Source: a virus (lineage: Duplodnaviria; Heunggongvirae; Uroviricota; Caudoviricetes). From it: a DNA stretch of 64,000 nt. Position 1 is the first letter of the stretch. Each line of letters opens with the position of its first letter. The stretch lies in IMG/VR virus record IMGVR_UViG_3300037067_008064, positions 224,001-288,000 of that record, one strand, 5' to 3'. The notes under the pieces are model-generated. The model searched no databases and was not told the origin of the DNA. It was given only the letters and a program-made list of their open reading frames with translations. Positions 42,572 to 52,064 of this stretch are shown one piece after another. Made by a program: the position numbers and the translations under genes.

Positions 42572-42943
42572 ATGTGTTTTGCATTAGATGAAAATCACCA
42601 TAACGTTCTTATAGCTAATAAAGATATAGTATGCTATAAATTTTTAGATGTAGATGGAGATAGAATAGTATCTCCATATAGAAAATTTATATATAATTTT
42701 AATGAAACCTATTCTACTTATCATTCATTAAAAGTAATAAATGATAATGTACACGAAGGCTATCATTCATATACCAAATTAAAAATAGTTGTTAGGCAAG
42801 CTTGCAATAGAAACATAATCGTTAGATGTATTATACCCAAAGGGTCTGAATATTATATTAATGACTATGACGAAGAATATGTGAGCAATAATATTATCAT
42901 AAAAGAAATTGTTAATCCCGATGAAATAATATGTCTGTACTAG
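42572..42943 (+). CDS. MCF-family paralogue 7
   Basis: KDIVCYK, GYHSYTKL, CIIPKGSEY, EEYVS. Confidence 0.8.
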   Translation: MCFALDENHHNVLIANKDIVCYKFLDVDGDRIVSPYRKFIYNFNETYSTYHSLKVINDNVHEGYHSYTKLKIVVRQACNRNIIVRCIIPKGSEYYINDYDEEYVSNNIIIKEIVNPDEIICLY

Positions 42944-43296
42944 AAAAAGATAAACCAATATTGCTTGGTGAAATACCGTTTCATGATGTATGGGTAAAAG
43001 TATATCATGGCCCAAATGAAGATGAACACTCTCTTCCGGGTAGTATGATGTGTGCTTGGAGTGTAAGAAACCCTGATGCATTTTATAAAGGGTATTGTTG
43101 GATGGATAACTCAACAGGACAAATAACTTATCCTGAAGGAGCAATAATACCTGTAGCAACTAAAGAAGATAGAGAAATGCTGCCTAAAGTATTAGTTACT
43201 TATTGCACTGAAATTACAGAAGATTTTATTAATCATGTGAGTGTGTATTTAGAAAAAGAGTATTTAAGAAGGAATCACCGAGTAAATATAGAATAA
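42931..43296 (+). CDS. Hypothetical protein
   Basis: ORF track. Confidence 0.55.
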   Translation: MSVLEKDKPILLGEIPFHDVWVKVYHGPNEDEHSLPGSMMCAWSVRNPDAFYKGYCWMDNSTGQITYPEGAIIPVATKEDREMLPKVLVTYCTEITEDFINHVSVYLEKEYLRRNHRVNIE

Positions 43297-43300
43297 AAGA

Positions 43301-43344
43301 TTCGTGAATTAAAAATAAATTCCCCGCGACAAAACTCCCGCGGG
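43301..43344 (+). repeat. Hairpin element copy 1: TTCGTGAAT-N16-GCGACAAAACTCCCGC
   Basis: Matches 43860-43902 with identical spacing. Confidence 0.7.
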
Positions 43345-43386
43345 ACTGGAATGAAGAATATATAAATAAAAATAACAATATGAAAG

Positions 43387-43827
43387 ATGATCCGTCTAGA
43401 GAAGTTTGCATTAAAAACTACCAAATGGATTGGCTCAATAGAGTCATTAATCATCCATACTGTTTTATTTATAATATCTTTACTCCTATATCTATTTGGA
43501 GCTGACTTTACAAGAGTACTTTTAGTATTAACTACTATAGTTTCTCTTGAAGCTATCTATCTAAGTATCTTTATTCAAATGTCTGTCAATCACCAATCCA
43601 AAGCACTTGAAAATGTAACTGAAGATGTAGGTGAAATATCTAATAATGTTGAAGGTATTGTTGAAGACGTAGGTGAACTACAAAAAGATGTAGATGAATT
43701 ACAAGAATCTATTAATGACGATGAAGAAGACAGTGAAGATAAATCTATTAAGAAGATAGAAGATGTAGTTGAATCTTTATTAAAAGAAATAAAAAACTTT
43801 GAAACAAAGCTCAAAGCCAAAAAGTAA
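43387..43827 (+). CDS. DUF1003-like membrane protein with acidic coiled coil
   Basis: WIGSIESLIIHT...LTTIVSLEAIYLSIFIQMSVN; EDVGE heptad repeats. Confidence 0.7.
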   Translation: MIRLEKFALKTTKWIGSIESLIIHTVLFIISLLLYLFGADFTRVLLVLTTIVSLEAIYLSIFIQMSVNHQSKALENVTEDVGEISNNVEGIVEDVGELQKDVDELQESINDDEEDSEDKSIKKIEDVVESLLKEIKNFETKLKAKK

Positions 43828-43859
43828 ATCAACCGGTTTACTTTAAATCAGTATTTAAT

Positions 43860-43902
43860 TTCGTGAATAATTTAAGAATGCTCTGCGACGAAAGTCCCGC
43901 AG
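43860..43902 (+). repeat. Hairpin element copy 2: TTCGTGAAT-N16-GCGACGAAAGTCCCGC
   Basis: CTGC-GAC-GAAA-GTC-cc-GCAG stem with a GNRA loop. Confidence 0.7.
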
Positions 43903-44354
43903 TAGACGAACTCACTTGTGTATATTTTTTGGAATGTAAATTACTTAAACTGTATTTTCTGAGAAGAGACAACAAAAATAAAATCCTACATTAAAACTAA
44001 TACAGGTAATTTACTTTAAAGATAATTATAAGATTTAAGTAACTTAGATCTTTAGCTTATAAATAATGTAAGTGAATTAGTTCTTAGGTAGATAGATGAT
44101 TTAAGATTATAGTAACTCCTCTATAGATATTAGCCAACTTTAATGATATCGTATTGTCAGTCAATTTAGTATTCAATAATTTTAGATAATCAGTAATTAA
44201 GAATTCAGTATATCAGATTTTATATATTCATTTTTCTCTGTGATAACTTAAAATATTAATTAACCAATTAATATCTAATATAATAAACCTATTTTTGTAC
44301 AATAAACTGATTAGGTTTATTGGCCTCTTTTTAGTTTATTGTCTTTATAATTAA

Positions 44355-44389
44355 GACATTAATCAAGACATCATGTCCTAATTAATGTC
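44355..44389. promoter_or_regulatory. 35-bp inverted repeat containing four GACAT boxes, upstream of a class 1 promoter
   Basis: GACATTAAT-caa-GACAT-c-ATGTC-cta-ATTAATGTC. Confidence 0.6.
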
Positions 44390-44447
44390 CTAATTATCTA
44401 GACACCTATATCTAAGTTCGAAGATATATAAATAAAATAAAGTTTGT

Positions 44448-46769
44448 ATGGATACTTTAAGTTACGACAACTATATTCAAAGTGTTAATTCAGTTAAATC
44501 ATTTAGAGCATCAATGTCTCAATTGTATTGGGAACAAACCGATGGTCAAAGCAATGTAACTGATTTTTCTAATTGGTCTGGATTTGATGCAACCGCCGCT
44601 GAAAAGCTTTGGAATAATAATGATAAGACATTCCTTACTAATAAATATAATGAAGCTATTAACTCAAGAGCAGACGGTGTTGTTACTGCTCCTTTACCTT
44701 TTGGCAATACACAAAATATTAATATAACTTCTTCACAGCCTAGTTCACCTGCATCTCAAGAACCAGATCCTTTAAGAGAACCTTCATCTCCATTTGATAT
44801 TAGATTGTCCAGATTAATGATTGATATTCCTGATGGGGGTGCTTTAATAAATGCTAATGTATCTGTTCAAATGCCGTATTATGGAACTACAACTGCAACC
44901 AGTGGTTATTTAATTTCTGATGAAGCATTACAACAATTAAATACGAATGAACAGGCTAAGTCTACATTAAATAAAGAAGGTAAGACAGTTCAAAATGCAA
45001 GAGATGAAGTAAGAGCTGAACGTAATAATTTAATAAATGATCCTGCTGATATTTATAAAGGCACGCCTGCATTGATGAACACATATGCACTAACTAAATT
45101 ATATGGTTCAAATGGCGGGCAGTATCTAATCAATCAGAAAGGTAAAAGAAAGTGGTATGAAATTGGAGATGCTGATAAATTATCTTATGCAATGAATCCT
45201 ACTACCTCATCCATTATCTTATGGGGTAATGAAGACCCTTATGGCAGACTTCCATTTCATTTCAGTGACTTTGCATTCTGTAAACACTGGACTAAGATAG
45301 CTAATAATAGATTATTAGTATTAAGAAGATATCCTGCACCTATATTAGATAATTTAAATTTTATCGGTATGGACGGTGATGACCCTAATTCAACAACTGC
45401 AACTCTATCATTACCGCCTATGGCAACTGCTATTGGTTATTTTGGAGATGGTACTGATAATGATTTTACAAAGATATTAAAGTTTACTACAGGTATGAAT
45501 TGGGATGAAGCAAAAGCTGATATATGGAAAGTTACATCAACTGCCACTCCTGATAATGAAGCCGGTCCTGCTGGCTTACCTATGTTAAAGATGTTTGGTG
45601 GTATAGGTGGTATTGCAAAAACATTAAGTGTTGGTGCAGGTACTAATAATAACAATGCTGTTTTAAATAAAGGCAATATACCACCTGACCCTTATACTGA
45701 TGGTCCTTATGAAAACAGAATCTTAGGTCCTGTCAATAGAATAAATACAGTTAAAAAGCGTGCACCTGGATTAAAATTTGAAATGGGCGGTTTAGATATT
45801 AAATTTACTTACGAAGCTAGACCTATGGGCGGTATTAATACAAAGGCCGTTATACTAGATATACTATCTAATTTTTTAGTGATGGGGTCTGCAAGAGCGA
45901 CGTTCTTTGGTGGGCAACACAGGTTTATGAGTAAGCCAATTAAATACCCATTTGCAGGTGGAGCAGAAGGAATGAAAGCGTGGTATAGTGGTAACCCATT
46001 AAAGTGGGGTCAAAGTGCTGTAAGCCAGTTTTCTAATCAAGGCTCTACTGTTTTAAGCGGTATTATGGATATGTTTAAGAATATACTCGGCCAAATAACA
46101 GGTGGTGGTGGATTTGAAGGTATAATGAAAACCGTGTTTGATAAAAATTCGGTGAGCGGACGTATGATACAGAACTATGCTGCTGAAAAATCATCAGGTG
46201 AAATACCATATCTCCAAGGGTTTAAAGCATTATTAACTGGGGAACCAGTGGGCGAATGGCATTTAACTGTTGGAAATCCATTCAATCCTATGGCAATGAT
46301 TGGTAACCTTATATGTACGGGTGTTGAAGTAGAGTGGGGCAATGAACTTGGACCGGATGACTTCCCTTTGGAAATAACCTTTACTGTTAAGTTAGAGCAC
46401 GGTATGCCAAGAGATGCAGATGCTATATCATCTATGTTTAATAGAGGTATGGGTAGAATATATGATTTGCCAGATGACTTCAAAGGTTCAGCTGACTATC
46501 AAACGACTGTGGATAAATACACACAACAAAAGAATGTCACAGGTAATAATCCAACACCTTATGCTGTTATGGGTTATGCTGAATATGGTGGCTTTGGAAA
46601 ACAACAACTCTCTTCAGTTGTTAATAGTGCTGTTGGACCAAGTGTATGGTCTCCAGTAAAAGTATACTCAATATCTCCTACTGTTGGTTTGGAAATTAGT
46701 AAAGATAACAATGCATATAGAAGTTCATTCAGGAAACTAGATTGGATAAAGAAGAGAGCATTATCATAA
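44448..46769 (+). CDS. Tail/baseplate protein (tube-initiator-like C-terminal domain)
   Basis: 773 aa; first gene of the hub operon; GEWHLTVGNP...DDFPLEITFTVKL. Confidence 0.5.
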   Translation: MDTLSYDNYIQSVNSVKSFRASMSQLYWEQTDGQSNVTDFSNWSGFDATAAEKLWNNNDKTFLTNKYNEAINSRADGVVTAPLPFGNTQNINITSSQPSSPASQEPDPLREPSSPFDIRLSRLMIDIPDGGALINANVSVQMPYYGTTTATSGYLISDEALQQLNTNEQAKSTLNKEGKTVQNARDEVRAERNNLINDPADIYKGTPALMNTYALTKLYGSNGGQYLINQKGKRKWYEIGDADKLSYAMNPTTSSIILWGNEDPYGRLPFHFSDFAFCKHWTKIANNRLLVLRRYPAPILDNLNFIGMDGDDPNSTTATLSLPPMATAIGYFGDGTDNDFTKILKFTTGMNWDEAKADIWKVTSTATPDNEAGPAGLPMLKMFGGIGGIAKTLSVGAGTNNNNAVLNKGNIPPDPYTDGPYENRILGPVNRINTVKKRAPGLKFEMGGLDIKFTYEARPMGGINTKAVILDILSNFLVMGSARATFFGGQHRFMSKPIKYPFAGGAEGMKAWYSGNPLKWGQSAVSQFSNQGSTVLSGIMDMFKNILGQITGGGGFEGIMKTVFDKNSVSGRMIQNYAAEKSSGEIPYLQGFKALLTGEPVGEWHLTVGNPFNPMAMIGNLICTGVEVEWGNELGPDDFPLEITFTVKLEHGMPRDADAISSMFNRGMGRIYDLPDDFKGSADYQTTVDKYTQQKNVTGNNPTPYAVMGYAEYGGFGKQQLSSVVNSAVGPSVWSPVKVYSISPTVGLEISKDNNAYRSSFRKLDWIKKRALS

Positions 46770-46785
46770 AAATAATTATAGACAT

Positions 46786-47391
46786 ATGTTTGATAAAACA
46801 TTAGACTTAAAACCTGAAATAACAGATAATAATGGAATTCAAATTAAAGATTTAACTGAATCTATATTTAATGATCAAATTAAATTTGGTGCAAGTTATT
46901 CTTTATTTAAAGTACCAAAGCCATATATTATGAGACCTGATTTAATTTCGAATGCAGTCTATAATACAACTGACAATACAGAAATTATATTGAAGTATAA
47001 TGGTATATCAAATCCATTTACAATAGATGAGAATGATATTATATTGGCTCCTAATATTGATGATGTAAGATTGCATACACAAAAAAATAATGCATCTAGT
47101 GTTGTTGCTAATATAATTCGTAATACATATAAATATATAGACCCTAATAAAATACCTAAAAGAAATTTGGCCGCTATTAATTTTGAGAAACAACAGAAAG
47201 TTATGGGTGCAACTGAACAATCATTACCACCTAATATTGCTGGGCCTGATGAAAGCCAAATAACTATTGCAAATGGCAGAGTTTATTTTGGTAGGAACAT
47301 AGCTCCAACTGCTGAATGTCTACAAAATGGTATGACAACAGGAGAATATTTAGCTGCAATAACTAATAAAAAGACTTTACAAAATGCCTAA
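46786..47391 (+). CDS. Baseplate wedge protein, gp53/LysM-like
   Basis: MRPDLISNAVY...ILKYNGISNPF. Confidence 0.75.
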   Translation: MFDKTLDLKPEITDNNGIQIKDLTESIFNDQIKFGASYSLFKVPKPYIMRPDLISNAVYNTTDNTEIILKYNGISNPFTIDENDIILAPNIDDVRLHTQKNNASSVVANIIRNTYKYIDPNKIPKRNLAAINFEKQQKVMGATEQSLPPNIAGPDESQITIANGRVYFGRNIAPTAECLQNGMTTGEYLAAITNKKTLQNA

Positions 47392-49015
47392 TGGTGATTA
47401 TAAATTTTATCCACCCCAGTATTCTTCTTTAGTTAAAGAAGATGTAAACTTAGATGCGAATGTAAAGTATAGAATATTAAAAACATTAGAACCACATATT
47501 GTATTAGATGAATTGTCTATGCCGGTATCTAAGACAGGTGATCAAGACCAACAGAAGATTCAATCACGTTCTGGTTTAGAATACCCATTGGTTAGAATAA
47601 ATGATTATGTATTAAATGAAAATGAAATAGAGTATTTGAATATAGATTGTGGCGGATTTTTACCGAAGTTAAATTTAGTATGTACGTTCTCTAATCAAGA
47701 ATTCATTGCAACTAATATGCCAAAGGATGGAGATATTATATCAGTATCGATTAGAAATAAATCAGACTTACTTAAAGAAATTAGAAATGATTATGTAATT
47801 ACATCAGCAAGTTCACGTGATAATATAGATACTAAAGGACCAAATAGAATTACATTTAATGGAGAATTATTTGTGCCTGGATTAAAATCAAAGAAATATA
47901 ATTATTCATTTGTAGGTACTACAATGGAAGTAATTCAAGAAACTGCTAATATATTAGGGTTAGGATTCTGTACCAATGAAGATAATACAATTGACAAACA
48001 AATATGGATGTGTGCAAATGATATGCTATATAATTTTATACAGGATATTACTGATAGGTCTTGGAGTAATGAAGAATCTTTTTATGAATCATGGATAGAT
48101 ATTTATTATTGTTTAAACTTTATTAATCTAAATAAACAATTAATATCGGCTGAAGATTCTATAGATATGGGGGTTGTATTAAATAATTTAAATATGGAAC
48201 AAACGTGGGGTGATGAAGCAGTTAAACAAAGCAATGTAAATCCATTACCTAAGATGTTGAGTAATATAGAAAACATTAAAACTTCTAGTGCTTATATCAG
48301 TAAATGGGCTCCTATTAATAAGTCAACTGCTATCACGTTTGAGTATGGTACTAAATTTGTATGCCAATTTTTTGAACACAATCAAAAGATATACAACAAT
48401 CCTGATTTACAGAATTACTGGGAAATAGATATTGATCCTATTTATGATAAAGAAAAAGTTAATTCACATATATTATTAAGAGGAAGACCTGTACAGGATG
48501 TAAGTACAAGTGGGGATGACCCTAAAAGAGCTCATTATGATTTTACAGATATATATCAATCCAGTAGTTGGTTGGGAGTACAATATACATTAAGTAATCC
48601 AGATGATGATTTGCATAATTGGGATGGCAATCAACATCCTAATTTTATTAGAGCAAAGGTACATAATTTGATGAACCTTAAAGAACTTGATAAACTTAAT
48701 TTAGAAGTAACAGTAATTGGAACCAATACAAATTTTATTCGCGGTGATAAAGTTCCAGTAGGATTAATAAGAAAAGATATTGCAGAAAATAAAAGAATAT
48801 GGAGAGATCAAAACGAGAATTTAGAAATCATGTATGATTTGTTTTATAGTGGTTGGTATATAGTAAAAGATTTTTCTATCATGTGGAGTAATCCTGTTAA
48901 TAAAACTCCGTTATCTGGGTTTAGACATAAATTTACTTTAACGAGAAGAGAATGGCCACCACCATTTCCTGTATCACAAAATAAAAATAACCCAAATATA
49001 GATGGCCATATATAA
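47384..49015 (+). CDS. Baseplate hub protein (gp27-like)
   Basis: Position between gp53-like and gp5-like genes; C-terminal FYSGWYIV...LTRREW. Confidence 0.55.
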   Translation: MPNGDYKFYPPQYSSLVKEDVNLDANVKYRILKTLEPHIVLDELSMPVSKTGDQDQQKIQSRSGLEYPLVRINDYVLNENEIEYLNIDCGGFLPKLNLVCTFSNQEFIATNMPKDGDIISVSIRNKSDLLKEIRNDYVITSASSRDNIDTKGPNRITFNGELFVPGLKSKKYNYSFVGTTMEVIQETANILGLGFCTNEDNTIDKQIWMCANDMLYNFIQDITDRSWSNEESFYESWIDIYYCLNFINLNKQLISAEDSIDMGVVLNNLNMEQTWGDEAVKQSNVNPLPKMLSNIENIKTSSAYISKWAPINKSTAITFEYGTKFVCQFFEHNQKIYNNPDLQNYWEIDIDPIYDKEKVNSHILLRGRPVQDVSTSGDDPKRAHYDFTDIYQSSSWLGVQYTLSNPDDDLHNWDGNQHPNFIRAKVHNLMNLKELDKLNLEVTVIGTNTNFIRGDKVPVGLIRKDIAENKRIWRDQNENLEIMYDLFYSGWYIVKDFSIMWSNPVNKTPLSGFRHKFTLTRREWPPPFPVSQNKNNPNIDGHI

Positions 49016-50774
49016 AGACTTTAGAAATGTAAACAGAACAGAAAATCTACAGGATATAAATTTATCTCGTGGTACATTTTCTAATTACTATGATATGCCT
49101 ACGTATTTGTCTTTTAAATTACAATTTAGTAGTCCTGAACATAGTAATACTGCCCAAGCACATATCAATTATGATATGATACCACAACCTTTATTTAGTA
49201 AATACAGACCAACTGATACTAGAAATCAAGATAGTTATTCTACTCTTGCATATTTAGAATCTATTAATGAATTTGGAAGAGCAAAAATGCTTGAACAATT
49301 TATAGACCAATTTAATAGTTTACAAAATGATTTTAGTTGGTACTTTCAAAAAGTAGAAGGTGTTGCAGATTTATTGAAAATAGATCCTACTAAAGGTGTA
49401 AGAGTGCCCGATGATAGAAGATTAACTATTACTTGTTTGGAAGGATTGGATTTAAGAATGAGTTTATTATTATCTTTATATAGAAAGATTGCATGGGATG
49501 ATAAGTATCAAAGATGGATATTACCAGATATTATGCGTATGTTCCAATTAAAAATATACATTGCAGAATTTAGAACCTTTCATCATGCAATTAAAAAAAT
49601 AGATGACCCTTTAGCGGCCGCTCTTACTTCTGGAAAGATAGGTGAATCAGATTATGTCATGACTATATTAGATAGTATTATTCCTGTGTGGGTAATAACT
49701 TGTTATGGATGTCAATTTGATTTAGGAGAAATAGAATATGACCATATATCCGGTCTTACTGTTGCTGATGTACCACCAATGGGTGCAGTTAAATTTAAGA
49801 TTAAAATTAAGAGCATGAATGAAGCTCAGATATATCCTATGTTTAACCATTTAGTTATTAATGATACGGCAATTAATGGTGTAGATCGCGGTGATGAAAC
49901 TGTAGATGTATTAGCTGAAAGTTATAATCAAATGTATTCACATGATGGTACAGTAAAAATAGCTCAAAACTATCCTAAAGCAAGTAGTGATAGGCTTCAT
50001 GAATCAGGTAGAAGTTTTAATCAATCTGTAGATATTACTGATATACAAGGTAATAAATATTTTAAACCATTAGATGAAAATAATATTCCAACTGCAAAAC
50101 CAGATACATGGGTTAATAGATTTGCAAACAATACTCTTGATTTTGCTGTATCATCTGCGAAATCATATGTGAAACAACAAATTGATAAATTAAGAATGTT
50201 TCCTATACCTGAAATAGGTGGATTATCATTTAATGAAGCAGTTGCTGGTGTACAATCTGCAGATATTTTAACTATGTATTCTTTAATAAAAAGAAGTATG
50301 AATGTTGCAGCAAATGAATTTAGTGCACCATCTTCTAGATTAGGTAATGAAATATCAGATCAAACTTTTAATTTATATTTAAAAAGTTTAAGTACATCTG
50401 AAGTTACTAATAATGAAAATATTTCAATATTAAAAGCAACTGCGGAAGTATTATTAAATAACCCAGATATTTATAGTTCCTTTAATCAAATGGTTGAAAA
50501 TAAATTTTCTGGAATTACTCTTACATCTATTGATGATTTATTTAATGGTACTACAATAACTACAAATTCTTTAAAGGAGTATGTTGAACAAGTTACTGGA
50601 GGAGATTTATCATCGGCAACTATTGATCCAGGTGAAACACCAAAACAATGGGCTGCAAAAACTATAGAATTAGTAAGTAATATACCAAATAATAATATTA
50701 TCACAGGCGGTGAAATGATTGCTGAGGGAACGCCAACAAGTGTTGCTACTAATAGTAAAATTATAAAATCATAA
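49002..50774 (+). CDS. Tail/baseplate structural protein
   Basis: 590 aa in the hub operon. Confidence 0.45.
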   Translation: MAIYKDFRNVNRTENLQDINLSRGTFSNYYDMPTYLSFKLQFSSPEHSNTAQAHINYDMIPQPLFSKYRPTDTRNQDSYSTLAYLESINEFGRAKMLEQFIDQFNSLQNDFSWYFQKVEGVADLLKIDPTKGVRVPDDRRLTITCLEGLDLRMSLLLSLYRKIAWDDKYQRWILPDIMRMFQLKIYIAEFRTFHHAIKKIDDPLAAALTSGKIGESDYVMTILDSIIPVWVITCYGCQFDLGEIEYDHISGLTVADVPPMGAVKFKIKIKSMNEAQIYPMFNHLVINDTAINGVDRGDETVDVLAESYNQMYSHDGTVKIAQNYPKASSDRLHESGRSFNQSVDITDIQGNKYFKPLDENNIPTAKPDTWVNRFANNTLDFAVSSAKSYVKQQIDKLRMFPIPEIGGLSFNEAVAGVQSADILTMYSLIKRSMNVAANEFSAPSSRLGNEISDQTFNLYLKSLSTSEVTNNENISILKATAEVLLNNPDIYSSFNQMVENKFSGITLTSIDDLFNGTTITTNSLKEYVEQVTGGDLSSATIDPGETPKQWAAKTIELVSNIPNNNIITGGEMIAEGTPTSVATNSKIIKS

Positions 50775-50778
50775 TATT

Positions 50779-51267
50779 ATGAATAGTTTTTATCCAAGAT
50801 TAAATGAATTTTTAAATGAAGATATAGAACCAAATGATATTTTTGTAAGGTTCGGAGGTTTATCAAAAGTAAAATATAAAAAGAAAAAATTTTCAGAAAT
50901 GAATCAATTTCACATTCCACCTGTTTCACATGGTGTTTTTGCTTTTCCAATAAAAGCAATTGAAACATTTTTATTTGCTTGGAAGAAAAATTGGCAATTA
51001 CAAGAAAAGAAATTTAAATATAGAGGAAATATTTGGCATCATTTAGAACATCAATGTAAACAATCTGAAATAATAGATAAAAAAGGTACTTGGGTTTTAA
51101 CATCTTTTAAAACATGGGAAAAAGCATTTTCAAAAGAGAGTTTAAATTTAAGACATGGTAATAAAGAATATGGTGGAACTAAAAATATAAATGAACCTTA
51201 TGCTGCTGGAGTAAGTGGTATTTTTTCTAAAGATCATTTAGAAATATTTATTTCAGATAAAATATAA
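50779..51267 (+). CDS. Hypothetical protein with RLNEFLNE leader
   Basis: ORF track. Confidence 0.6.
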   Translation: MNSFYPRLNEFLNEDIEPNDIFVRFGGLSKVKYKKKKFSEMNQFHIPPVSHGVFAFPIKAIETFLFAWKKNWQLQEKKFKYRGNIWHHLEHQCKQSEIIDKKGTWVLTSFKTWEKAFSKESLNLRHGNKEYGGTKNINEPYAAGVSGIFSKDHLEIFISDKI

Positions 51268-51288
51268 TAAAAATTAAACTTAAACTAT

Positions 51289-52053
51289 ATGTCAACAAAT
51301 GTACATCATGATTTAAAAGATAATTATTTTATTGGAGTTGTTAAAGACAATAATGATCCTTTATTTGCAGGACGTTGTCGTATTCATGTGTTTGGCATTA
51401 CAGATAATATTCCTGTAGAACATTTATATTGGGCATCGCCTTTAAACTCAACAATATTTGCTGGTGATGGTGGTGGATCTATGTCTGTTCCAAAAATGGG
51501 ACAGGTAGTTCGTGTTCAATTTAACAATGGTGAATTAACCGCTCCAGAATATTTTTCAATTCAAAATATAGATACAGCATTAATTAAAAAAATACAAGAT
51601 GATTATCAAGGTACCCATGTTTTATTGTGGGACCCAGATGAAGAGCTTTATGTAATATTTCAAAAGAACAGTGGATTCCAAATATACTATAAAGAATCTT
51701 TTATGCAAATATCTCCTGATAATATGATTACAATTCAACATAGTAATCTTGATTCAGTTGTAGAACTTAAGGGAGATACGATTACTGTGGCCAGTAAAAA
51801 TAAAATTGTTATATCAGCAGCAAGTCAAGTTAATATTACTGCTGATGAAACAATTGCAAGTGGTAATCAAGTAACTAAAGTAGGGCCAGGCCCTTACTAT
51901 CATGCTATGTTGGCTGAAGTAGTATTTCCATTATTAACAACATTGGCAACGGCTATTGATGCGAAGATGCCAATTACGCCCGGTGTAAATGTTGGATTAG
52001 TTGAATCTGCAAAAGCTGCCGGTACATCAACCAACGTATTAATATCTCAATAA
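51289..52053 (+). CDS. Baseplate central spike, gp5/VgrG OB-fold
   Basis: GVVKDNNDPLFAGRCRIHVFG, WA, VPKMGQVVRVQF. Confidence 0.85.
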   Translation: MSTNVHHDLKDNYFIGVVKDNNDPLFAGRCRIHVFGITDNIPVEHLYWASPLNSTIFAGDGGGSMSVPKMGQVVRVQFNNGELTAPEYFSIQNIDTALIKKIQDDYQGTHVLLWDPDEELYVIFQKNSGFQIYYKESFMQISPDNMITIQHSNLDSVVELKGDTITVASKNKIVISAASQVNITADETIASGNQVTKVGPGPYYHAMLAEVVFPLLTTLATAIDAKMPITPGVNVGLVESAKAAGTSTNVLISQ

Positions 52054-52064
52054 TATAAAATTAT

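Noticed and set aside
40346-42943. Diversity-generating retroelement or CRISPR explanation for the array
   Set aside because: No reverse transcriptase, no adenine-only TR/VR pair and no identical repeat-spacer pattern; divergence is spread across whole genes
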